A stretch of DNA of 64,000 nt from Candidatus Binatia bacterium (GTDB taxonomy: Bacteria > Desulfobacterota > Binatia > HRBIN30): the NCBI GenBank assembly GCA_038245295.1, contig JBBRSP010000003.1, positions 332,354 to 396,353 of the forward strand. Direction: 5' to 3'. Both the position numbers and the translations under genes were made by a program. The notes beneath the pieces were generated by a model. It did no database searches and had not been told where the DNA came from. It saw only the letters and a program-made list of their open reading frames with translations. Below are positions 48,557 to 57,472 of this stretch, one piece after another; the first letter of the stretch is position 1; each line of letters starts with the position of its first letter.

Positions 48557-48630
48557 GCCCTCGTAGCTCAGATGGATAGAGCACAGGATTCCTAATCCTG
48601 GGGCCGCGCGTTCGAATCGCGCCGAGGGCA
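48557..48630 (+). tRNA. tRNA-Arg(CCT)
   Basis: Acceptor GCCCTCG/CGAGGGC, D-arm GCTC/GAGC, anticodon arm CAGGA-TTCCTAA-TCCTG, TTCGAAT T-loop; CCA not encoded. Confidence 0.97.
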
Positions 48631-48640
48631 AGCCTTTTCT

Positions 48641-48712
48641 CAATTGACAGTGGATAGTGGACAATTGACAACGGGCGCTTGCTGTCAATTGTCCACTATC
48701 CTTTGTCCACTG
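48641..48712. repeat. Inverted heptamer-based repeat/hairpin downstream of tRNA
   Basis: GGATAGTGGACAATTGACA...TGTCAATTGTCCACTATCC. Confidence 0.7.
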
Positions 48713-48760
48713 CCGCACGGTGCTTGCAAGGTTGGCGGCGATCCGATACCCGGGCCGCCT

Positions 48761-49675
48761 ATGCGGTGGCGATCGGTGGTTCTCGGGGTGGCATTGGCGG
48801 CGGTGTTTACCGCCTGTGGTGAGGAGACGGCGGCGCCGGTGCCGCAGCTCAGTGCCGCGGCAGCGGCGGATCGCGGCGGCGTCGCCTTCTACGATACGCT
48901 GTTCGGCGTGCGCGATGCCGGTGACGAGACGATTGATCTGCTGCGCCACGCGACGCGCCTTAACCCTCAGGACGGCGTGTCGCTGTTCCGTCTCGGCATG
49001 ATCCAATTTTTTCTGTACGCGCAGAGCGTCAACGACAATCAGCTCAATAAGACTCCGGCCCAGCTCGGTCGGCTCGACGAGGCGCAGCGCAACCTCGACG
49101 CCGCTGTGCCACTGCTTCCCGAGGACCGGCGGGTCCCCGGCTTTCGTGCCGCTATAACGTTTACCCGCGGCTTTGCGGCGCAGAACGAGTCACTGAAGCA
49201 AGTCGGCCTGCAGCAGCTGCGCGCCGCGGTCGATTTGTACCCGGAATTCAATAATTTCGATTTTATTGGCACCGTAGCTCCGGTGGTCAGTCCGAGCGAT
49301 CCGTTGTTTGCTGAAGCGCTGGGGTATGTTGGCGATCCGTTGACCAGCGCCTGCTCGCCGTTCACCGAGCCGATCATCTGCGGCAACCTGGGCAAGGCAG
49401 CGCACAACGTCGAGGGTGCCCTCGTGCTTTTCGGCGATCTCTACGCCAAGGCTGGCGATACCGATCGCGCCAAAGGGTTCTATCGCTTGGCGCAGGCGTC
49501 GGGAGCGAGCTTTCCGACCAGCGGCGGCACGTGGCCGTTTGCCTACCTGGTAGCGGAGCGCCTGCGCACGGCATCCGAACGCGTGCGGCTCTATCGCGAC
49601 GATGACCCATCGAATGACCCCTTGCTCGTCGGCTATGGGAAGGAATCATGCGCTGTTTGCCACTACAAAGGTTGA
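48761..49675 (+). CDS. Lipoprotein, helical/TPR-like, with C-terminal CxxCH motif
   Basis: Lipobox FTAC; ends in SCAVCHYKG. Confidence 0.75.
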   Translation: MRWRSVVLGVALAAVFTACGEETAAPVPQLSAAAAADRGGVAFYDTLFGVRDAGDETIDLLRHATRLNPQDGVSLFRLGMIQFFLYAQSVNDNQLNKTPAQLGRLDEAQRNLDAAVPLLPEDRRVPGFRAAITFTRGFAAQNESLKQVGLQQLRAAVDLYPEFNNFDFIGTVAPVVSPSDPLFAEALGYVGDPLTSACSPFTEPIICGNLGKAAHNVEGALVLFGDLYAKAGDTDRAKGFYRLAQASGASFPTSGGTWPFAYLVAERLRTASERVRLYRDDDPSNDPLLVGYGKESCAVCHYKG

Positions 49676-50439
49676 TCGTCTCGGCGATCGTGAGTGTCGG
49701 GATTCTCGGGGCAGAGGGGCGACATGCCGCGGCGCAACCGTCGCTGATCTTGTCGCAGGTGAGTGGCGCTCCGGGGACAAGGGTTACCTTCTCCGGTTCG
49801 CTTGCGGCCGGCGGTAGCGATGTTGCCGCCGTGCAAGGAGATATCACCTTCGATCCCTTGGCCGTTCCGATTGCCGGTGCGGCGGTCGGTAATCCGTTCT
49901 GCGGCCTCAACCCAGGACTCAGCGAGCATTGGCAAGGCGTCTTCTCCTTGCCGCTGGCTGGTTGCAGCGACGGCACTTGCAATATCCTCCGCGCGATTGT
50001 TCTCCCCCTTCAGCAAGGTCCTATTTTGGCACTGCCGCAGGTCACCCAGCTTTTCACATGCGACATCGATATCGCGCCGGACGCGATGTTGGATACTTAT
50101 CCCTTGAGTCTGAGTCGCGTGCGGTTCGGCGATCCGGAGGGCCTCAACATCGACGGCGCTGGGGTAGGCGGCTCGGTCGACGTGGTCGCCGCGGCTACAC
50201 CAACACCGAGCCCAAGCCCGAGCCCAACGGCTACACCAACACCACGTCCCTGCGCCGGCGATTGCAATGGTGATCGCGACGTCCCGATCAACGAGCTGAT
50301 TGCCATCGTCAACATCGCGCTCGGCAATCTGCCGCTCAGCAGTTGCGGCGCCGGCGACGTCAGCGGCAACGGCGAAATCACCATCGACGAAATCCTGCAG
50401 GCCGTGAATGTCGCGCTGGCCGGCTGCCCGGCGCCGTAG
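49648..50439 (+). CDS. Secreted protein: cohesin-like domain, Pro/Thr linker, dockerin-like domain
   Basis: G.PG..VTF...L......VAAVQ.DI.FDP...LF.C...IA.DA...YPL pattern; CAGDCNGD...GDVSGNGEITIDE tail. Confidence 0.75.
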   Translation: MRCLPLQRLIVSAIVSVGILGAEGRHAAAQPSLILSQVSGAPGTRVTFSGSLAAGGSDVAAVQGDITFDPLAVPIAGAAVGNPFCGLNPGLSEHWQGVFSLPLAGCSDGTCNILRAIVLPLQQGPILALPQVTQLFTCDIDIAPDAMLDTYPLSLSRVRFGDPEGLNIDGAGVGGSVDVVAAATPTPSPSPSPTATPTPRPCAGDCNGDRDVPINELIAIVNIALGNLPLSSCGAGDVSGNGEITIDEILQAVNVALAGCPAP

Positions 50440-50440
50440 G

Positions 50441-51301
50441 CTATTTGCGCTTCGTCAGCTTCTTGTAGGTGAGCAAGTGGCGCAGCGCCTGGGTGCGACG
50501 GCCGACTCGATCGAGCACGCGCGCCAGGTTGAAGTGTGCATCGGCAAACTTCGGCTCGGTGCGTAGTGCGTCTTGATAGTGGCCGATGGCTTCGTGGACT
50601 CGTTCGAGGTCTTCGAGGGCGATTGCCATGTTGTAGTGGGCGATCGCGTCATCGGGCTGCATACTGATCGCCTTGCCGTAGAACTGCGCGGCCTCGCGCA
50701 GCTTACCCTGCTGATGCTCCAGGCGACCGAGGTTGACGTAGGCGTCGGCGAACTGCGGATCGAGCGCCAGGGTGCGATCGTACGCGGCACCGGCGCCAAC
50801 CATGTCGCCGCGTTGCTCGCGCTCGAGGCCGCGCTCGAACCACTCGCTGGCATCTCCGGCAAAGTCAGGGGTGACTGTCTTGTTCGTCGCGGCGAACGCC
50901 TTGGCGGACCGCGCCAGCGGTAGCACATCGAAGTCGAACACCAACTGGCCGTTCGACGGATCCCAGGCGCTGCCGCCCTTTCGCACCACCACGTCCTTGC
51001 CGTCGTTGCCGATACGCACGCCGGTCAGCGGCTGATCGGACGGCAGCTGTTTGGTTAGCTCTGACAACGCGCGGCGAACCCGGCGCACGGGGATGTTCGC
51101 TTCGAGCAGCCCTTGCGCCGTTCGCAGCAACACGAGATCCTGAAAATTGAAGCGGAAGTGCCGATTGGCCAGGCGCCGCGGTCGGCATAAGCCGGCGTGC
51201 ACGAGTTCGCGCACGCGGCGTGGGTCAACGCCAATCAGGCGCGCCACGTCGCGGGTTGCGAAACGATCTTCCGTCGCTGGCGCCTCTGGTTGCTCCACCA
51301 C
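50441..51301 (-). CDS. MerR-like HTH + tetratricopeptide repeat protein
   Basis: FATRDVARLIGV..R.VR.L...GL..P...F.FQDL.LLR N-terminus; TPRs (DAYVNLG, AHYNMA, AHFNLA). Confidence 0.85.
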   Translation of the reverse strand: MVEQPEAPATEDRFATRDVARLIGVDPRRVRELVHAGLCRPRRLANRHFRFNFQDLVLLRTAQGLLEANIPVRRVRRALSELTKQLPSDQPLTGVRIGNDGKDVVVRKGGSAWDPSNGQLVFDFDVLPLARSAKAFAATNKTVTPDFAGDASEWFERGLEREQRGDMVGAGAAYDRTLALDPQFADAYVNLGRLEHQQGKLREAAQFYGKAISMQPDDAIAHYNMAIALEDLERVHEAIGHYQDALRTEPKFADAHFNLARVLDRVGRRTQALRHLLTYKKLTKRK

Positions 51302-51332
51302 ACCACAATCTGGGTCTCGCGACCCTGTCGAC

Positions 51333-52193
51333 TCAACGCCCCTTGGCGTTGGCGCGCTTCGGAACGGCGGCGAGGGCGCGCGGCTTGGCGGCCTTGCGCA
51401 TCGGCGCCGTCTCTTCTTGCTGCTTCGCCGCCAGGCTTGCCTTGAGTGCTTCCATCAAGTCGACGATCTGCACCTTCGGCGCCTGCGGCGTGGCGGCAAC
51501 GATTTCCTCGCCAGCCACCTTCTTCTCGATCAATCCCAGGACTCGTTCGCGGTAGTCGTCCTTGTATTGCTCCGGTTGGAAACGATCGCTTGCCAACTGC
51601 CCGATGAGTTGCACGGCCAGGTCGAGCTCGCCCGGTTTGCTGTTGACCGTCTCGCCGCGATCGACGTCGTCGAATGTGCGCACCTCGTCGAAGTAGTGCA
51701 GGGCGTGCAACATCAGGCCGTCCTGCGCTTGGCGGATGACCACAAGTTGCTGCTGTCCGCGCGTCGAAAAGCGCGCCACCGCGGCTTGCTTGGCCTTGGC
51801 CATGGCTTCGCCGAGCAGCTTGTACGCTTTGGCGCCGCCCTTGTCCGGACCGAGCAGATAACTTTTCTCGAAATAGACCGGGTCGACCGTATCGAGCGGC
51901 ACGAACTGCTCGATCTCGATCGACTGATCCGACTTCTGATCGAGGGCCTTGATCTCTTCGTCGTTGAGCACGACGTATTGATCCTTGCTGAACTCGTAGC
52001 CTTTGACCATTGCCGAGCGCTCGACGATTTCGGCACAACCAGCGCAGGTGTACTGCTGGCGCAGGCGCGACTTGTCTTTCGCGTGCAGCAGATTGAAGGA
52101 GACGGACTTCGAACGCGTTGCCGAATAGAGCTTTACCGGCACCGAGACGAGCCCGAAACTGATCGTTCCTGATCCGATTGAATGTGCAGCCAT
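51333..52193 (-). CDS. ku: Non-homologous end joining protein Ku
   Basis: G.ISFGLVSVPVKLYSAT, KGYE, YFEKSY.L.P, Y.D.YRE, VDLMEALKASL. Confidence 0.97.
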   Translation of the reverse strand: MAAHSIGSGTISFGLVSVPVKLYSATRSKSVSFNLLHAKDKSRLRQQYTCAGCAEIVERSAMVKGYEFSKDQYVVLNDEEIKALDQKSDQSIEIEQFVPLDTVDPVYFEKSYLLGPDKGGAKAYKLLGEAMAKAKQAAVARFSTRGQQQLVVIRQAQDGLMLHALHYFDEVRTFDDVDRGETVNSKPGELDLAVQLIGQLASDRFQPEQYKDDYRERVLGLIEKKVAGEEIVAATPQAPKVQIVDLMEALKASLAAKQQEETAPMRKAAKPRALAAVPKRANAKGR

Positions 52194-52204
52194 AGGGAAA
52201 CCCT

Positions 52205-52234
52205 TTGCAATTCCTTGGCTCGGCCCAATATCAT
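52205..52234 (+). promoter_or_regulatory. Putative sigma70 promoter for ligD (likely leaderless)
   Basis: TTGCAA-18nt-TATCAT ending 7 nt before the ATG at 52242; no SD. Confidence 0.45.
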
Positions 52235-52241
52235 CGTTTTG

Positions 52242-54776
52242 ATGGCAGGGCGAGTCGAAACACAGCAAGACCGGGACGACGCTTTAAGCGAGTACCGTCG
52301 CAAGCGTCAGCCGCGGGGAACCCCAGAGCCGTTCGCGAAAGTGGCGAGCGGCGCCGACAGCAGTCGCGGCATCTTCGTCGTTCAACAACATGCGGCGCGG
52401 CGGTTACATTGGGATCTGCGCCTCGAGGTGCGTGGCACCCTGGCGAGCTGGGCGGTCCCACGTGGTCCGACGTTCGACCCGAAGGAGCGACGCCTCGCGG
52501 TGCGAACCGAAGACCATCCGATCGAGTACGCCGACTTCGAGGGCATCATCCCGGCAGGCAATTACGGAGCCGGCGCGATGATCGTCTGGGATCGCGGCAG
52601 CTTCGAAACGGTCGACGGCCAGCCGGCAAGTGGTGCCGTCGACAAGGGCAAGTTCGACGCGATTCTCGCCGGCTGCAAGCTGCAGGGCCGATTCACGCTG
52701 GTGCAGACCAAGGAGGCGGGCGGCAAGCACTGGCTGTTGCTTTGTAAACACTCGTCGCGTGGTGTGGGTGATCCGGTGGTCAGCGAACCGGAATCCGTTC
52801 TCTCGGGGTTGACCGTCGAGGAGTTGCGCGACCAGGTGAGCCGCGATGCCGCATTGCGTGAGGCGGCGCAGCGTCACGGCGCCAGCGCGCCGGCGCGCGC
52901 CAGACCAGCGGCGATGCACGCCGAGACGGCCGAGGCCGCATTCGCCGACCCAGCCTGGGGCTTCGAAATCAAATGGGATGGCGCCCGAATCCTGGCGCGC
53001 CGTCGTGGATCGGTGGTGAATCTCCGTTACCGCAGTGGCCGTGATGCAACCGCGGCTTTTCCCGAGATCGTTGCGGCCCTGGAGCATCTGCCGTGCAGCC
53101 AGTTCACTCTCGACGGCGAGGTGGTGTGCCTCGATGCCACCGGGGTAAGCCGCTTCGAGCTGCTGCAGCCGCGTTTCGCCGATGTCGATCCTCGCCGCGC
53201 CCAACGCGCGGCGCAGCAGAGCCCGGCGCGTTTTCTCGCCTTCGACCTATTGGACATCGACGACTTCGATCTCACCGGCCTGCCGTTGCGCGCGCGTGTC
53301 GATCTGCTGCGGCAACTGCTGCCGCCGCGCGGCGCGATGGTGCGCCGCAGCGAGATGCTTGGCAACGATGGGGCGCAACTGTTGGAAGCAGTGCGAGCCC
53401 ATGGCGGTGAAGGCATCGTCGGCAAACGATTGGAGTCGGTCTACCAGCCCGGGCGTCGCAGTCGCGATTGGTTGAAGATCAAGCTGCGGCCGACGGCCGA
53501 TCTGGTAGTCATCGGATACCTGCCGAGCGAGCGACAGAGCGCTGGCGTCGCGTCGCTGTTGTTGGCGTGGTGGCGCGACGGCCACCTGACCTACGCCGGC
53601 AATGCCGGCAGCGGGTTCAACGCCGAGGCTCGGGTGGTGGCGCGGCAGGCACTCGATCCGCTGCGCGGCGCGCCGTGTTGTCCGCTGCCGGCGCGGGGGC
53701 TGCGTCGGGCGGTCTGCGTCGATCCGCGCCTGGTGGTCGAAGTAAGCTATCAGGAAGTGACGTCGGGTGGCCTGCTGCGGGCCCCGGTGATCGAGCGTTG
53801 GCGACCCGACAAATTGCCGGCGGAGTGTTTGGCACCCAGCCAAACGGCTGCAACGCCAAACCCGAAGCCGGAGATTCCGCAACCCGAGGCGCCGCTGGAA
53901 GCGCGCCGAACGGTCTTCACCAACGTCGATAAAGTGTTCTGGCCGGAGCGTCGATTTACCAAGGGTGATCTGATCGAGTACTACCGCGGCGTGTGGCCGT
54001 GGCTGCAGCCCTACTTGAAGGATCGGCCATTGGTGCTGACGCGTTATCCCGACGGTATCGCGGGCAAGAACTTCTTTCAGCGCAACGCTCCGGCCTTTAC
54101 GCCTCCATGGGTTGAAACGGCGAACATCGACGATACCGACTTCTTCCTGTGCAACGATCTCGACTCGTTGCTGTACGTTGCCAATTCCGCCTGCATTCCG
54201 ATTCATGTCTGGAACGCGCGCTTGGGGAGTCTCGATCAGCCCGATTGGTGTGTGCTCGATCTCGATCCCAAGAGCGCGCCATTCGACTGGGTGGTGCGAG
54301 TGGCGCAAGAGATCCATCGCCTGCTCGATCGTCTGGCTTTGCCTGGCTTCGCCAAAACCTCGGGGCAGAGTGGGCTGCATGTGATGGTGCCGCTCAGCGA
54401 GCAACTATCGCAGAGCGAGACGAAGATGTTCGGTGAGCTGCTGGCCCATGCCGTGGTCGCTGCCTGTCCCGATATCGCGACCACGGCGCGTGCGATCAGC
54501 AGCCGCGGTGATCGCGTCTACGTCGACTTTCTGCAGAACGGTCGCGGCAAGACGATCGTTGCGCCGTTTTCCTTGCGGCCGGTTGCGGCCGCTACGGCAT
54601 CGGCGCCGTTGGCTTGGCAGGAAGTCCGGCGCGGGCTCGACCCGCAGCGCTTCGATCTGCGTTCCATGCTGCCGCGGTTGCAGAAGCGCGGTGACGAAAT
54701 GACGGGGTTATTGGTCGAGCACGCCGACATCCTCAACGCACTAACCGTCCTGACGAGTGAATTGGGCCTCGAGTGA
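52242..54776 (+). CDS. ligD: DNA ligase D (phosphoesterase-ligase-polymerase)
   Basis: FVVQ.H.ARRLHWDLRLE, EIKWDG, EGIVGKR, WLKIK, RYPDG...FFQ, DLDP, KTSG..GLH. Confidence 0.97.
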   Translation: MAGRVETQQDRDDALSEYRRKRQPRGTPEPFAKVASGADSSRGIFVVQQHAARRLHWDLRLEVRGTLASWAVPRGPTFDPKERRLAVRTEDHPIEYADFEGIIPAGNYGAGAMIVWDRGSFETVDGQPASGAVDKGKFDAILAGCKLQGRFTLVQTKEAGGKHWLLLCKHSSRGVGDPVVSEPESVLSGLTVEELRDQVSRDAALREAAQRHGASAPARARPAAMHAETAEAAFADPAWGFEIKWDGARILARRRGSVVNLRYRSGRDATAAFPEIVAALEHLPCSQFTLDGEVVCLDATGVSRFELLQPRFADVDPRRAQRAAQQSPARFLAFDLLDIDDFDLTGLPLRARVDLLRQLLPPRGAMVRRSEMLGNDGAQLLEAVRAHGGEGIVGKRLESVYQPGRRSRDWLKIKLRPTADLVVIGYLPSERQSAGVASLLLAWWRDGHLTYAGNAGSGFNAEARVVARQALDPLRGAPCCPLPARGLRRAVCVDPRLVVEVSYQEVTSGGLLRAPVIERWRPDKLPAECLAPSQTAATPNPKPEIPQPEAPLEARRTVFTNVDKVFWPERRFTKGDLIEYYRGVWPWLQPYLKDRPLVLTRYPDGIAGKNFFQRNAPAFTPPWVETANIDDTDFFLCNDLDSLLYVANSACIPIHVWNARLGSLDQPDWCVLDLDPKSAPFDWVVRVAQEIHRLLDRLALPGFAKTSGQSGLHVMVPLSEQLSQSETKMFGELLAHAVVAACPDIATTARAISSRGDRVYVDFLQNGRGKTIVAPFSLRPVAAATASAPLAWQEVRRGLDPQRFDLRSMLPRLQKRGDEMTGLLVEHADILNALTVLTSELGLE

Positions 54777-54963
54777 CAATCCGTGAAGAGTTCGTTCGGG
54801 CTCTTCCCTTCTGATCAAATGCCAAGTAGAAGCGACGCAACCGCCTGGAAAACACTCCGTCCCGCCGCGCGAGCGGTGCATGGACAGAGTACGGTTGGAA
54901 GACTCCAAGAGGATGTTGCCCAACGCGACGGCGAAGCTAGACGAAGCAAAAGGAGACTATCGG

Positions 54964-55434
54964 ATGTCGAGCGACGATCGGGGCGCTGCAGGCGGTGCCC
55001 CGCGTTATGCCGCCGGAGACGGATCATTCGGCTCAGGACGGCAGGGGGGCGGCAGCAACGGGGGCGGCGGCGGGCAGGGCCGCAATAACAACAAGAAGCG
55101 AAGACGGCAGCGCGCTCAACGCGGCAAGCGGCCGCGCGGTGGCGGCGGCGGTGGTGGTGGTGGTGGGCACTCGAGTTCACCGCACGGTGAGATGGCCAAC
55201 AAGGAGAGGATCTTTCAGGACATCGAAGGACTCTTGCGTCAGATCCGTGAGGCCGCCGACGAAGAAAATGCGTTTTCCGAAGCGCAGGTGGGGGATTACG
55301 TGCAGGCGGTCACCGGCCTGCAGAAGGCCTTCGAATCCGAAGCGACGATGGTTTCGGATCGTGCCTTCAGCGAATATCAGCGCGTGCGCGATAAGCTGCA
55401 GAACGCGCTGCGCAATCACAATCCAAATTTCTGA
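54964..55434 (+). CDS. Hypothetical protein with Gly/Arg-rich disordered N-terminus and helical C-terminal domain
   Basis: AAAGGAG RBS; GGGSNGGGGGQGRNNNKKRRRQRAQRGKRPRGGGG. Confidence 0.7.
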   Translation: MSSDDRGAAGGAPRYAAGDGSFGSGRQGGGSNGGGGGQGRNNNKKRRRQRAQRGKRPRGGGGGGGGGGHSSSPHGEMANKERIFQDIEGLLRQIREAADEENAFSEAQVGDYVQAVTGLQKAFESEATMVSDRAFSEYQRVRDKLQNALRNHNPNF

Positions 55435-55477
55435 AATAGCGGCCGTCTGAACGACGGTGCGACAGGGCTGCAAAAAT

Positions 55478-55508
55478 CCGGCGAGAGTGTTTCCGACACT
55501 CTCGCCGG
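55478..55508. terminator. Perfect 13-bp hairpin between convergent genes
   Basis: CCGGCGAGAGTGT-TTCCG-ACACTCTCGCCGG with an A-run 5' (U-tract on the minus strand). Confidence 0.7.
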
Positions 55509-55524
55509 CGACCCAGGCTTTCGC

Positions 55525-55893
55525 CTACTCGCCGAGATCACTGGCCGAGATCAAACTCCCATCGTTCAATTCGACGGCGCGACATACGCGCAACGAGAGA
55601 TCCGCCATCGTCCATGCGCGGCCGTCAAGGAACTGGGCAGCGTCTACGGAGAAAATCGGCCTCGTACGTCCCGAAGCCGCGGCGAACCGCTCGGCTACCT
55701 GTTCGGCGACCGCGAGAGCCGCGCCCCGACGTGCGGGCACAGGATTCACCTGGAATAGGCGAGGAACCGCTTCATACGGACGCTCCGACTTTGGCCAGCG
55801 GAAATGCTGCAGCGTCTCTTCCATTCCGTCACGTTCCATCAGAATCACCTCGCTCTGGCGCCAACCGGACAGTCCAAACTGGCCTATGCCCAT
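55525..55893 (-). CDS. Hypothetical protein (start uncertain)
   Basis: Open frame ending just before the terminator; GAGGTG RBS before an internal ATG. Confidence 0.5.
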   Translation of the reverse strand: MGIGQFGLSGWRQSEVILMERDGMEETLQHFRWPKSERPYEAVPRLFQVNPVPARRGAALAVAEQVAERFAAASGRTRPIFSVDAAQFLDGRAWTMADLSLRVCRAVELNDGSLISASDLGE

Positions 55894-56050
55894 GAACCCA
55901 GGGGCTTGGCCCGTGTAACGCAAGCCACATGCCAGACGGTTGGGGGATACCAGGGTGTTCCAAGTCGCTCTTGAACAAGGGGTGACGGCGCGGGGAAGCG
56001 TCGACAATTTGCCGCGACGCCAATTTTGGCCCGCGTGCGCGGCGAGCCGC

Positions 56051-57415
56051 CTACTTGTGGGCGATGCCGTATTTGTCGAGGCGATAGCGCAACGCGCCGC
56101 GGCCGATCCCGAGGATACGCGCCGCTTCGCTCAAGTTGTTCCCGGCCCGCTGCAGGGCTTTGAGAAGCATGCTGCGCTCCGCCTCGGTCAGATCGAGATC
56201 CGTGCCGACGGCAACGGCCGGCGGGGCGGTGGGGCGCTCGACGCTCCCGAGATACTGCGGAAAGTCGTTTGCGGCGATGAGCTGCCCGCGGCTGACGATG
56301 ACCGCGCGCTCGATGGCGTTGGCGAGCTCGCGAACGTTGCCCTCCCAGGGCGCCGAGTGCAGATAGTCCGTCGCTTCGTTCGAGAATCCGGGAACGTCCT
56401 TGCCGACCTGTTGCGCCAGGTTGGCGAGAATGCCCTGGGCCAATGGCAAGATATCCTCGCGGCGTTCGCGCAGCGGCGGTACATGGATGGGAAAGACGCT
56501 GAGGCGGAAGAACAGGTCTTCGCGAAACAACCGATCGCGGGCGCGCTGCCGCAGGTCGACATTGGTCGCGGCAATCAAGCGCGCGGTGAAGCTTGTTGGT
56601 TTCGTGCCGCCGAGCGGAATGACTTCACGTGTTTCGATGACGCGTAGCAACTTGGCTTGGACCGAGATCGGCACGTCGCCGATTTCATCAAGCAGCAGTG
56701 TGCCACCGTTGGCTTGGTGCAACAAACCCTCCTTGGCTTGCTGCGCCCCGGAGAACGCACCGCGTTCGTATCCGAAGAGCTCGCTTTCCATGAGCGCTTC
56801 CGGGATGGCGGCGGCGTTTATGCCGAAAAAAGGCTTGGCACTGCGCTCGCTATTGTAGTGGATCGCCCGCGCCAACACTTCCTTGCCGACGCCGCTTTCG
56901 CCGGTGATCAATACCGTAACCTCACGTTGCGCCGCTTCCCTGGCGAGGTGGATGACTTCGGCCATGGCGCGCGAGCGAGAGATGATATTGGAAAAGTCGT
57001 AACGCCCGCCGACGGCGGCGCGCAGCCGGCGGTTCTCCTGCACCAGCGAGGTCAGGTGAACAGCCTTCTCCAGCTGCGCCAGGAGCACTTCCGAACGTAC
57101 CGGCTTGGTCAGGAAGTCGGTGGCTCCCGCCTTCATCGCCTCGACGGCGCGTTCAATGGACCCGTGAGCCGTCACGACGATGGCCTGGAAGGACGGATCT
57201 CGCTCGCGCAGCAGTCGCAGGAGAGCGAGACCGTCCATCACCGGCATCGAGAGATCGAGCAAGCCGATCGCCATCTGATCCTCGCTGTGAGCCTGCAGCG
57301 CCTCGGCGCCGGAGGCCACGCAACGCGGGATATAGCCGGCCCGTTCGAGGGTGATCTCAAGGATCCGACGGTTATCTGGATTGTCGTCGACGACGAGTAC
57401 GCAGGGTTTTTCCAT
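56051..57415 (-). CDS. Sigma54-dependent response regulator (NtrC/AtoC family)
   Basis: Receiver, GESGVGKE, ESELFG..GAFSGA, LLDEIG, FREDLFFRL, GNVREL, Fis HTH. Confidence 0.95.
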   Translation of the reverse strand: MEKPCVLVVDDNPDNRRILEITLERAGYIPRCVASGAEALQAHSEDQMAIGLLDLSMPVMDGLALLRLLRERDPSFQAIVVTAHGSIERAVEAMKAGATDFLTKPVRSEVLLAQLEKAVHLTSLVQENRRLRAAVGGRYDFSNIISRSRAMAEVIHLAREAAQREVTVLITGESGVGKEVLARAIHYNSERSAKPFFGINAAAIPEALMESELFGYERGAFSGAQQAKEGLLHQANGGTLLLDEIGDVPISVQAKLLRVIETREVIPLGGTKPTSFTARLIAATNVDLRQRARDRLFREDLFFRLSVFPIHVPPLRERREDILPLAQGILANLAQQVGKDVPGFSNEATDYLHSAPWEGNVRELANAIERAVIVSRGQLIAANDFPQYLGSVERPTAPPAVAVGTDLDLTEAERSMLLKALQRAGNNLSEAARILGIGRGALRYRLDKYGIAHK

Positions 57416-57472
57416 GGCGCGGCGGCCGGATAGTATCAGATGTCGGCTCGCCTTCAACCGACTGTGCTGAGT

